From Naegleria gruberi (taxonomy: Eukaryota), in the NCBI GenBank assembly GCA_000004985.1, contig GG738870.1: 64,000 bases of DNA. One strand, given 5' to 3'. This document shows, piece by piece, positions 20,357-32,100 of this stretch. The notes under the pieces are model-generated. The model saw only the letters and a program-made list of their open reading frames with translations, did no database searches and was not told the DNA's origin. How positions within the stretch are numbered: the first letter of the stretch is position 1; every line of letters starts with the position of its first letter. The position numbers and the translations under genes were made by a program.

Positions 20357-23300
20357 TTACAAAAGTAAGTTGACATTCTTGGACATTTTGACCAATCTCT
20401 TTACAGAAGGAATGACATCCTCAATTCGTTTAACATTCAAGCCAATGCAAAGCTCGTTGATGAGACTTTGGAACTTTGGGAAGATTCGTACATATTTCTC
20501 CAATTGAGAAACAATGGTTTCACATTCTTCCACAATTTGGTGGGTAAATTGAACATTAAGTGTCCTTTTCAGTTTTGAAATTACTTCACGTTCTTCGTTG
20601 GCTTCATGATTGTTACCAAATACCTTAGTTTGTTTTTTCAATTCAACAATGGCAGCCTTCATCTTAAAGTAGAGAGGGCTTTGTTCAGTCTCTTCTGCCG
20701 TGACCAATTCCTTCTTTAACTTTTCATATAATCTTCTGTACCATATGATATCCAAATAGAGTCCATCCAAATCAATTACCTTTTCTCCATCGAGCAAGAA
20801 ATAGCCAAACTTCTTATCGCCACTATAATTTGTAACATTGATGAGTGAAAAGATGAAAGAGTACATTTGAGCATTGTGTTCGAGAATGCTTCTAACCTTA
20901 GGTATTACATCACTAATGCTCTTGACTCTCAAAATGTCATCTCTGAGAGCTGTCAAAATTGCCTTGTATCTAGTTTCGAGTTTCTTGGCTAGAGGAGAGC
21001 TGATAAACCGTTCTTCCTTATCATCGATATCGAGAGAAATTCTTTCATCATTATTGGAAACAAAGTAAAAGTTTGGATCATCAAAGCCAACAGTCTTGTG
21101 GCGAAGTGGATGAGGTGTCCAATTATCATCACTATTCTTCGAAGGCTTGATTGGACTGGCAACATCTACACCTCTTGATCCTCTCTTTCTTGGAGTAAGA
21201 TCTCCATCACTCTCTGAATCATCATCTCCATTCATCCATCTTTGAATTGACATTGGAAGTTGATCATTAACTTGTCTGGAGGCATGAATCTTCTTGGATT
21301 TGAGTTCTCCCTCCAGAGATTTAATTCTAGATTCTGTTGTATCAACCAATTCTTTCAATTTCTTCATCAAGTCGTTTTCTGATTTTGGTATTTCATCAGA
21401 TTGACCAACAACTTTGCAGAAATCTTTCAATCTAGCTTGTAACTTTTCAAGAATCTTTTCTTCTCTTGAATTCATCAAGTTGGAGAGGGATGTTGAGAGC
21501 AGTGAAGATTGAATATCCAAAAACTTGGACAATTGCTCTTCTCTCATAAAAACCAATTCAGCCAATTTGGAAACATCACCGGAGCTATTATTTGACTCAT
21601 TAATAGCCTTGAACATCTTTGATCTAATGGTATTCTTATCTTCCTTGTAGAGAGATTCGATTTGGAGGAGGCATTGCTTGAGTAAGTTCTTTTCATTTTG
21701 CTTATCGCTCTGTAAATCAATACGCCTAACGGCATCTGAGAGGGAGGAAAGTTGTCTTTCTTGTTCTTGTACATATTCCTTGGTTGATTCGATGGCAAAT
21801 TCTTGTTGAGTGAGGAGACGATCGTTCGAATCGCTTGTAATTGTAGACACAAATGAGCGAGCACGTGAAACTTCTCCTTCGTACATCTTTTCGAGATCCT
21901 TAACATTGAAATCTCTAGTATCTTCAGACATAGTCAAAGTTGAGACTTGAGACATGAAATGAACATCCATTCTATCAATGGCATTTGAGAATGCCTTCTT
22001 TGCTTTTGGAACCTTTGAGACAGAACTATTTGGTTTAAGTCTCAGTTTTCTTACATTGGTCCAGTATTCCATTTGAAGAATCTTTTTCATTTGGGTATGC
22101 TTCTTCTTTAAACTTTCAATCATGTCTTCATGTTTATCGGAAGGAACAAAAACATTTTGAAGGAATTGTACAATCTTTTCGTCACTATCTTGAAGTGTTT
22201 CAGAGTTGACCTTGTTGAGAAGTTCCATTTGTTCATCGAATGTATTTTGGTTAATAATGGATTGATCGAGACCAGCTCTATCATCTTCACTGTTGTTAGT
22301 TGAAATACTGTCATTGAATTCTCTTCTGAGACTCTTTGAAGGTTCTTCAGTGACCAAGGATTTGGTAATATTTCTCACCTTACCACAGAGTTGTCTATTT
22401 TGCTCTACCAGAGTGGTGATTTCTCCTTCCAAGTGGACACAATATTCCTTTAGACCCTTCATATCTTCAGCAGTATGGATATAGTTTGATTCCTCTGAAT
22501 GCTCAACAACCTTCTTTAAACGATCAAGTTCTTTGAAGAAGATATCTCTAATGTATCTCACATCTGATTCGTCTCCACTTGAAAATCTTAAAGAACTCTT
22601 CAAGCTTTCCAATGAATTGAGGTGATCCTTGTGAATCTTCATCATTTGCTTCTTTGTGTTACTTTCATTCTTTTCAAAGAACTTGCTTTGAGTATTGTCA
22701 GAGACGAGCTTTTTGGTCAATTGTTGATTCTCAGATAATAATTTTTCATATTGAGCTTCCAAAATTGACTTTTGTCTCCTCTCACCAGACACTTGATCCT
22801 TCAATTCTCTGGATTGTCTTTCCATTTCCGAGTTGAGATCATTCATTTGCTCTTGGAAGTCCTCTGTTGCTCTCTTGAGGTCATCCTCAAACTTGAGTTG
22901 TTGTACTCTCTTAGAGTATTCATGTTGCTCCTTCATGTTTTGAATATCACCTTCATATTTGACACTTTCAATCTTCAAAGCAGCCTTCTCCTTTTCGAAT
23001 GATTCCTTGAGCTTCATGACTGTAATATCATTTTCATGCTTGATACCATCAATAATTTTAGAATACTTGACTTCTATGGCATCAATTTCTCTTTGGTGTG
23101 CTTGTTTGAGAATTTCATTGCTATCTCTGTGCTTTTCAACATCATTTGCAACTTTTGACTTTTCCAATTCCTTGTGCATGATTTCTTCATCTCTTTCCTT
23201 GATTGCTTGTTCTAATTTTTGAATGGTGGAGGTCTTTTCCTTAATGGACTTTTCCTTTTCTTCAAGTAAAAGTTCCATGTGTTTCTTTTGAGTATTCAAC

Positions 23301-25006
23301 TCCTTCTCAAAGTTAGACATGAGTTGTTTTCTTTCATGTTCAAAGGATTGCTTTTCAGTTTCCCTCTTTTCGACTTCTAGTTCTATTAACTTGTTGAAAT
23401 CATTAACAATTTTGGTCTTTTCATCTTCCTTCTCTGATGAAGACTTGAGTTGCAGAATTTCTGTTTGTTTTTCGTAACGAGACTTGAGGGTATTGATTTC
23501 TTCTTGGTGAAGAGTTTTGATTTCCTTCTTTTCAGCTTCAAATTCTTGGAGGAGAAGTTGCTTTGTTTTTTCAAAGGATGATTTCAAGAGGTCAATTTCT
23601 CCCTTGAAGGTATCACTATTATTGTTCAGCTCATTGTTATACTTGTAAACGAGACGTTCCTTTTCCTTGATAAGATCTTCCTTTTCCTTCATGGAGGCAG
23701 TAATCTTTTCTATGAGGGTTTCTTTCTCCTTTGCATGTTTATCGAGGAGGGTGTCCTTCTCTTCATTGAACTTTTCTCTGTCAATCCTCATCCTTTCAAC
23801 GTACTGTTCAATTTCTTTTCTATGCTTTTCAACGAGGGTTTCCATATCAGCCTTATGTCTTTCAATCATTCCATTCTTATCACTGATGGCATCTTGCATA
23901 ATCTTGATCTTTTCTGCATTGAGTTGCTCCAAAACAGAATGCTTATCAACAGAGGATTTTTCAAACAATTGCTTTCTTTCTTCATTTTGTTTTTCTAGCA
24001 ATTGCTTCTTTTCTTCATTGAATTTCTGAGACAGTTCCATCTTTTCAGAGTTAAAGCTTTGAATCATTTGCTTCTTTTCTTCTTGGAGTCCATCAATTTC
24101 ATCCTGTAACATTTTGATAACATTACTATTCTCTACTTTGATGTTGGAGAGTCTTTTATCATAGTCAGACTTTAGTTCCACTTTTTCAATATCAAATGAT
24201 TTTTTAGCAGTATTGAACTTGAGTTCAAAATCAGATTGTTGTGAAGTTAATTTGTTTTCCAAATCAAGTTTTAGCACATTGAGTTTGTCTATTTCCTTTT
24301 TCAATTGATTTACTTGTCCTAGTTTGCTACTTAGTTCGCTTCTTTCCTTTTCTTCCAATTCATCAATTCTTTCAGAAAGGGAGTTATTTTCATTGGAGAG
24401 ATCATTCACTGTCTTTTGATAGCCAGCGACTTGATCTTGAAGCCTTCTGATATTATCCTTGAGAATTTGATTTTCAGAATCGGTGGTTCCCATCATGGTT
24501 TTGAGCTGTCTGTATTCCAATTCAAGTCTCTCATAATCTTGATTTTTAATTTGGAATTCTTCCTGGAGCTCGCTTAGTTGTTTCTCAATTAGAGTATTTC
24601 TTTCCTTTAACTTGATGAATTGAGTATTTTGTTTTGGAGGTAAATTCTGCATTTGTGATGTAATAAAATTCAATTGGTTTTGTATTGCGCTCATACTACT
24701 ATCCCCACTCACAGAAGAGTCGGCAAAGGAGCTTGTCAAGGAGCTAGCCTCTAACCCTCTTCTTGCTGATCTTATTGGTGATGTTCCGACACTGATTAAA
24801 TAATAGTCCAATAACAATCGTGATGAAAAAACCTACCCATTTTGTAATGATTTGATGGTTTCCTTTGCTCTCTCCAATAAGAGATTGGTTTGTTGAAGTC
24901 TTTCCTCTCCACTTTGTAAAGCCTTTTTAAGTTGTTCCTTATCCAACGACTCGTCCATAGAACGTTCCGAGTCGGTTGAATCAAATTCTGAGAAATTCAT
25001 AGACAT
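20357..25006 (-). CDS. Very large coiled-coil protein, about 1541 aa. Two exons: 24837..25006 and 20357..24791.
   Basis: ATG at 25006 (MSMNFSEFDSTDSERSMDESLDKEQLKKALQSGEERLQQTNLLLERAKETIKSLQNG). GTAGGT donor at 24836 and acceptor ...ttaatcag at 24792, phase 2. The junction reads ...QNG|VGTSPIRSARRG and continues into the 1486-aa ORF. Heptad-rich throughout. Confidence 0.7.
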
Positions 25007-25251
25007 TTACTAAGGACACCTCAGAGGGATACAGTGACGAAGAAGGGTAGTGGAGTTTGTTAGGGGATTTTTTTGTTGTTGGATTGAATTTTTTGAGGCG
25101 CCAAATAAACACTTCACCTTCCTTCAACATCAGGCAGACTTGATTTGCCAATTGTTTGGTGTTTTGATATTGAAGCAGAACTCTATAACTTACATGTTGT
25201 TTGATGTGATGTAAATTTAAACTTGTAATAATTGTAATAATTTAAATAGAT

Positions 25252-26283
25252 TTATCTGTGTTGATTAGATGCGTATGGATCATTGGCATGAGTGAGAACA
25301 TCCTTATTAGCAAAGTATGGATCAGCAAAGTCAACATTGAAATTACTATCATAGTATTCGGTTTGCCAACTTTGATCATTCACTTCATCACCATAACCAT
25401 CTCTTCCTTCTCTATTGACCTTTCTCTTTCCTTGAGAGAGTTCATCAACAAGATTGTCGAAATATTGTAAATGTTCCTCTTTTCTCAAAGTTGGAAGCCA
25501 AAACTTGATTAAAGAGTCACGAGCATTTTGCAAATTATTGTACTTGAACATTTCAACAACCATATGATTCAAAAAGTGTGGTTTGTAATGTTCGAAACCA
25601 GTAACACCCAAACACTTCATAATACGAGTAATTCTCAAATAATTGTGGAAGGAACTATTCAAATGACTATATCTCTTCTTGTATGTGACTGGATTTCTAC
25701 TGATCTTTCCACTGACTTCATCTTCCAAAACTAAACCATAAAAATCGAGCATTAATCTATAGGATTGAATGATACGAGCCTTGACAGCAGCATCGGATCT
25801 CAACAAGGAGGCTTCATGTTTAGTGAGTGGTTGAGAGGAAGCATTCATTCCTTGTAATCTAATTGGGAACAAGTATTGAATATAGGCGTGATGTTCTTCC
25901 AACAAATCCCAATCACCAAACCAATTCTTGTGAATATTTTCAATTAAATCTCCTTGTGGACGAGAACGAAGTTTGTTAATGTAAAAATTGTAATTATCGA
26001 GGCTTGTTGTATCATCTTCTGGCAAAGCAGAGGAACCAAAGAAACGGAACATTCTTTTTTGTGTGTTGTTTTGTATTGTGTGTTGTTGATGAGTTGTAGA
26101 TTTTAACAAATTCCTGATGAAAAGAATTTGTGATGGAAAGTTTTGTTTTAGCACGTTAAATATTTGGGTAAAATATTGATTTTCAATGTTGATGTTCCTA
26201 TTATGATGATTGTTATCTTGTTCAATAATAATGACTAATAACAAAAATGTGGATAACAGGATCAGCAAGAAGAAACCAATCAA
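25252..26283 (-). CDS. OGFr (opioid growth factor receptor) N-domain-like protein. The 5' end is uncertain.
   Basis: HHAYIQYLFPIRLQGMNASSQPLTKHEASLL...RLMLDFYGLVLED...NYLRITRIMKCLGVTGFEHYKPHFLNHMV matches the OGFr_N conserved region. The first in-frame ATG is at 26052 (MFRFFGSS). The open frame upstream to 26283 encodes a hydrophobic segment but has no ATG. A possible ATGTTCCAT|gtaagt mini-exon at about 26368 does not splice in phase. Confidence 0.55.
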   Translation of the reverse strand: MIGFFLLILLSTFLLLVIIIEQDNNHHNRNINIENQYFTQIFNVLKQNFPSQILFIRNLLKSTTHQQHTIQNNTQKRMFRFFGSSALPEDDTTSLDNYNFYINKLRSRPQGDLIENIHKNWFGDWDLLEEHHAYIQYLFPIRLQGMNASSQPLTKHEASLLRSDAAVKARIIQSYRLMLDFYGLVLEDEVSGKISRNPVTYKKRYSHLNSSFHNYLRITRIMKCLGVTGFEHYKPHFLNHMVVEMFKYNNLQNARDSLIKFWLPTLRKEEHLQYFDNLVDELSQGKRKVNREGRDGYGDEVNDQSWQTEYYDSNFNVDFADPYFANKDVLTHANDPYASNQHR

Positions 26284-26615
26284 ACTTTTGGGTGTTAGGT
26301 TGCAAAAATTGCGTAGTGACGTCTTCGTCTTTTTTTAAAGGTTATTTTTAGGCTAGTTTTCTTTTGTTCCAAACTTACATGGAACATTCAAAAGAATTTC
26401 GTTTTCAATTTTGCTTGGTATATTTCCTTACAGGAGGTGGAGAAATAACTCCACAGCATGTTAGCTATTCCACGAACAGAAGGACTTGTATTGTGTTTCG
26501 ACCACTCAATTTGAATAAATGATTAGGGGAATTTTTCTATCTTCTACGTCTTTTAATTGGATTAATACAGGATTTAACTTCTTACATGACGAGGAAGAAA
26601 AGAAAATACAATAGT

Positions 26616-28994
26616 TTAATCAAACTCAAAGTCGCTCCTTTCTACAATTGGTGTTCGTGTACTATAAATTGGACTAAGGGAATCATCACTATCATAATCT
26701 TCATCGTCGCTATCAGAATCTCTCTTGCTAGGAGTGTAGAACTTGAAAGGCTCTTCATCTCTCAACAGCAGAGTTTCATCCACAAGCGATTGTTGTGAAG
26801 AGTTTGTTGCTAAACAACTTTGTCTCACAGAATCTTCCTGAACCTTGCCCACACCACATCCAAAACCACCCTGACTTGGACTATATGCTCTCGATGAAGA
26901 AACAATCAAATCTTTTTGAAGGGATTCAGCTTCCAATGGGATTGTTTGAACCTGATTCAAAATATCTTGTATTTGCCTTGGTGTTGGTCTCTCTGATGGA
27001 TCCTTATTCACCATCATACGAATTACTTGTTTGAATTGCGTGTTTTTCCATTCTAGACGGTCAACCATCTTTTGCAAATCTTCCTTCTTTGAACAAACAA
27101 ATCTCTTTCTATCAAGACAACACAATATTGATGCTCCCAGCGAAAACACATCAATTTTCTCATCATAACAATCTCCTGTTAAAACCTCTGGTGCCTTATA
27201 AGAGTTGGTTCCATAATTTTCATTAGCAAGAACTCGAGTGAAGGTGTCTATGTATCCACTGTCTGTTTTTTCAAAATGGAAACTCATACTAAAGTCAATC
27301 AGTACAAATCTTTGTAATGTTGGATTATTGTCTGGATTTCTTATCATGATATTTTGCATCTTTACATCTCTATGAATAATATTTAAGGAATGCAAACATT
27401 CAAGAGCATGGCAAATATCCAAACACAGACTATACAGCTCACATTCCATCAATCTATTAGAGAGTGGTAATAACTCTTCATACTCAATAAAGGAATTATA
27501 AATATTCATCACTTGTGGAAGACATCGGGAAATATTTCTAGATTCCAATAATTTTGAAACAATATACTTTTCCTCCTTCTCAATCCTCTTTACAAATGTT
27601 GTGTTTTGAATTTTACAACTGTATCCAATCTCATTCTTTGCCTCTGAAATGATTCTCTTATTAATTGCCATATTCGGAACAAGACACAATTTCTTGATCT
27701 GATTCTGAATCTTGAATAGAACATCATCTTCATCACTTCTTGAATCTATAAAGGGTTTCAAATTCCAATAACTTAAATTCTGATGCTGTGGTATTTCCTT
27801 CATTATCGACACTGCACTCTGAACATTATAGGAGGAAAGGAATATCTTTGAAAAGTTCAGAATATCCACCCACAATATCAACAAATCCACTTCTGACTTG
27901 ACTCTATACTTTTTATAATACAGTTTCATTGAAATATTAATGCTATTGTCCACTTCTTCCTCCGAGTTGCGTTCTTTGAGAAAACCTCTCAAAATAAACA
28001 TGTGAATCAATTGCTTTGAGTAACTCACTCCAATAACAGTTGAACTTCTATGGAATTCCTCTTCATTATTCATTGCTGTTGAAATATTTCTTCGTAGTAA
28101 ACTCTTTAGTGATAAAATCATTTTCAGTGTTGATGTATTCTCCCATGAAGATGATGAAGTTAGATAGGAATGTTTGATTTCTTCCAAGAGAAGGAAGGTT
28201 GTCCCATTTTGTGTCCTTAATTCTCCTTCGATTTTAAGCATGATCGGATCAACATTCTTTTCCAATTTAATTTCAAACTTTGATTTACTGTATTAATTAA
28301 ACATTAAATATTAAAAAATTAAAGTATTAAATAAGGCTTACCTCAACTGAAAATGATTTAAAACATCACATAGTACATTAAAATAGGACCACATATAACT
28401 TCTTAAAGCTCCATGTCTTTCCTCTGTTCCGATAGCATACTTTTTCAATTGATCCACAACACCGAATATTAAAACAAGATGATGATATGAAATTTGAAAT
28501 CCTAAGGCACTGCTTAGTAAATGAATACAATCCAAAAGAGGTTCCAAAGACTTTCTCAAACTCTTATAGAATTTGAAGGTGAGAATGAGTACTTCTATAA
28601 TTTCCGAATCGATGACTATGCAATTCAATGGATTTTCCTCATCATTTGCATTATCTATTGCATCGAGTCCCTCTATTAAGAATAGCTTTTTAGCCAATGA
28701 TCCGATAACCCACTTGGAATCACAACTCCATCCCTCTGCTATATCCAGACACATGATCACATCCAACAAGTGTTGAATTTTCATCTCAGATGTGTTATTT
28801 ACATTGGAGCAATTCTGAACAATTCTCGAAAGGACATCATTAAGCGAAAGTGGTCCTTGTTCAACCACAACAGCCTGTGAACCTATTCTACTCATTGCAA
28901 AACAAGCACTACCACTACTCGATATCATCAGCACTGGATTGGTTGCAGAATTCTCCATAGTGATATTCTCAGAGTTTGTTGTAGTGAACAACAT
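26616..28994 (-). CDS. Atypical Ser/Thr protein kinase with a novel N-terminal domain, about 774 aa. Two exons: 28342..28994 and 26616..28287.
   Basis: ATG at 28994 (aaaaaaaATG). GTAAGC donor at 28341 and acceptor ...aatacag at 28288 (54-nt intron, phase 2). The junction reads ...NHFQL|SKSKFEIKLEKNVDP. Kinase core has HRDVKMQNIMI, DFS in place of DFG, and YKAPEVL. No canonical GxGxxG loop is visible. Confidence 0.7.
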
Positions 28995-29199
28995 TTTTTT
29001 CAGTCTTTTTCTATTTCATGAGGGCGAAGATCCACTTTCTTATTAAACAACTTAAGGGGCGCTTCTTATTTTCCAACCAAAATTTTTGTAATGATGAGCC
29101 GTACTGTCGTTTAGTGGGATGAAATATTGTGGTGCCTTAATAATTCCAAAATGAGAACAGTTTTAGAAATACATAGTTTTCAATAAGGTTTTTGTATTG

Positions 29200-32100
29200 T
29201 TATTGGTCTGCAGTGGTGAGTTTGTTGGATTGTTGAATAATTTTCCAAAAGTAAAGTCCACATGAGAGAAGAGCCATGCATGGTGTTGATGAATGTAATA
29301 TGCCAGTTTTTGGAAGAGCAATTTTGAGTTCGTAATGTTCGCTGGTGAGATCTAGGGTTTGACTCAAAGAGGAGAGCTTCTTGGTGAAGAGAGATACTTT
29401 AAGTATGGTTATTTCGAGCATTTGATTGTGATGTTCATAAGTGTAAATTTGCTTTTCTAATTTTCTGACAACATTAACAAGTGATAGCTCGGAATGATGG
29501 GTCAATTGTTGAGGTGAATCTATTCTGATTATCCACTGATCTCTATTGAGGGAGTTCACCAACCTGCTGATACTGTGATCTTCTGGAAGAAATCTAGAAT
29601 GATTAATGTAGAATCTCATATCACTTGTTTTTCCAATAAATGTTGTAGCCATTACTCTGGTACGACGGCTCAATATTCCATCTGGTTTCAATTTCAAATT
29701 TTCATCCAATTTCACCTTGTATTCAACTGAGTTTTTCCTTTCAACATTTTCAATCTCACATACGTTATATTCTGTAAATTCTTGCTTGGTACATCCTGCA
29801 AGCTCTTTCAATATTAAAGCAATGGCTTCTGAATCTACAAGGGTTAGGAAAGAATCTGAGGGTGCCTTCTTTTCTTGTTTCTTCTTTATAATTTCTGGAG
29901 TTTCATTCTGGCAACCTACTTTACTTTTTGATTTGCTAGAGCCACGTTTGTTAGGTTGTAAATAATCAATTAAAGGCCATTCTTTCTCAAAATCATTCGA
30001 AGTCTCAACTGGTTTCTTTTCTTCTTTGTATTTTTTGACCTCCTCGATACTGTGGAAATGATTCTTTTTCATTAGAGAGTTGTAGTGTTTCGAATCTTGT
30101 GGAATAATCTCAGAAAATATTGACTTTTCAATATTAATCAAATAATAGGTTCCAAATTTGATAGAGTATGTAAAATGATTTGGGTCCAAATCAATTGCTA
30201 ACGTTTTTTCTAATTGTGTTAACAAATTTTGATAAAAATCATACATTGGAAGAACTTCTTCCTTGTAAACCTTCAATTTTGGTTGGTGTTTGGTTATTGG
30301 TTCAAGCACATGTTTTGGATTACATTTTCCTAAATATGGCTTGAACTCAATTGGACTGTCTAAAGAATCTCCCTCATAAATTGCCAAAGTAGAGCCCTCT
30401 AAAAACAATCTATGATTGTTGGCTCTGAAATATTTACAATTTGCATTCCAAAGAGCTAGCTTTCGCTTCAGTCTTGAGCTGATTCCATGTTCTCCAGTGG
30501 CATTAATTATATAATTACCATTTTTCATTTCAAAAAGATTGGTAATTTTACAATTGCAACTCTTTTCCAGCTCAGACTTCAGGACCGTCTCTATCATTGA
30601 GTTTCCAAGTACTTTTCGTAGAAGGCTCGGTACATAAACTTGTGATTCCTCCATCTCTTCAATGCTTAATTTGGTAAAGTCGTGAAGAAGGAAAAGATTA
30701 AGTATACAAGAATCAAGTAAATCCCTGGCATGGCTTACTTGCTCAATAGTCAAAATGACAGCGGTGATTTTCCCATCCAGATTATCCACGAACTCCATAT
30801 TTTCTTTGAATATTAAACGCTTCAAAAACAATACAATCAGCTCGGTTTCATGTTGGAATTCGCTATTCAAACATTTACCTAGAATTTGCTTCATAAACAC
30901 AGAGTCTTTCTCCATTTCACCATCAAATGCTTGCTGCTCAGTTGGTGGACTTTCTTGTACAAGGTAGTTCTTTTCTAGGCAAAATGTCACAATTCTCCAT
31001 GTCAATTGATAAGTTTTGATGTGAGGGCATATTTTCTTGAGAAGATCAATCAATACTTTAAGGAGGACAATTAATTTAGGTTTTTGTTTCAAATAGAGTC
31101 TCAAGTGGTGCTTTTTTCTCAATCCTCTACTGGAATTGGTAAAATCAATCGATTCTATAAACGGAAGATCGGTGACCTTTGCAAATATCCTGAACATTGG
31201 TACTGATTTTTGCCAATCAGTAGCACTGGATCCAAACTCAGATGACAGTACTGAACAAACAGGTGGACAATTTTCATCTCCTTTTTCTGCTTTGAAATCG
31301 AAAAAGGTGTCACAATCCGAACTAAATGAGTTATGAAGGAGGACTGGTAAAGAACCAAACATGTGAATTCTATATTCTTGATTAGTTTTGTACTTAAGTT
31401 GCTCCAATCTTTTTTCCATGATTTCAAGCTGTTCCAAATTCATATGCTCTACAAAGCTATTGAGAGATTTGGCCAGATTCTTATAAATATCCAACTTGTT
31501 GAATTCTGTAATTCTTCTTGAAGGAATAGTCAATGAGAAAATATTGGCAATTGGTAAGTTTTGAATGGCTAGTTTACAATTTTCCTCTCTTGCAATTTCT
31601 CTGAATTGTTCTATTAAATGTGTGAATTCTTTTCGTTCAATCCCATTCCCAACAAACAGATCAAACAATGTACAATAATGAACTTGTTTCAAATATTCAA
31701 TAATTTGCCAAAATCTTCTATTCCATTCATTAACCTTTTCATCTTGGATAATAAATTCTGGTTCTTTAAATTCTGATGGAATGCCAGATTTAATGCTTGT
31801 GCACTTCTCATAGATTCGTCCAATAATGGAGTTTGATTTGATAGAAATTGATCCACGTTCCATAAAATCTGGATAAATAATATCTTTAAACCAGTTTGGT
31901 AGTGAAATTTGCTTTCCATTTTTTGGGAAATCAACAGCTTTTACAAACAAGTCGGCCAATTCTAGTGCTCTGTCAGAGTCAGCACCTTCAGAATCAACTA
32001 TAGCAACCCAAGCATCACTTATTTTCCCTAATAATTTTCCGTTCTCTAATATTTTGCTCAAAACTTCTGAGTGCTCAGTTGTAGACTCCATTGGCTCATT

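Noticed and set aside
22654-24029. Cluster of 60-120-aa plus-strand ORFs (22654.., 22772.., 22959.., 23667.., 23735..) inside the coiled-coil gene.
   Set aside because: They are antisense readings of a repetitive GAA/AAG-rich coiled-coil coding sequence, which is stop-poor in the opposite strand by composition.
26284-26400. Candidate first mini-exon ATGTTCCAT|gtaagt upstream of the OGFr-like gene.
   Set aside because: The donor is in phase 0, but no AG acceptor upstream of the OGFr ORF gives a phase-0 join without a stop. Kept only as a note in the finding.
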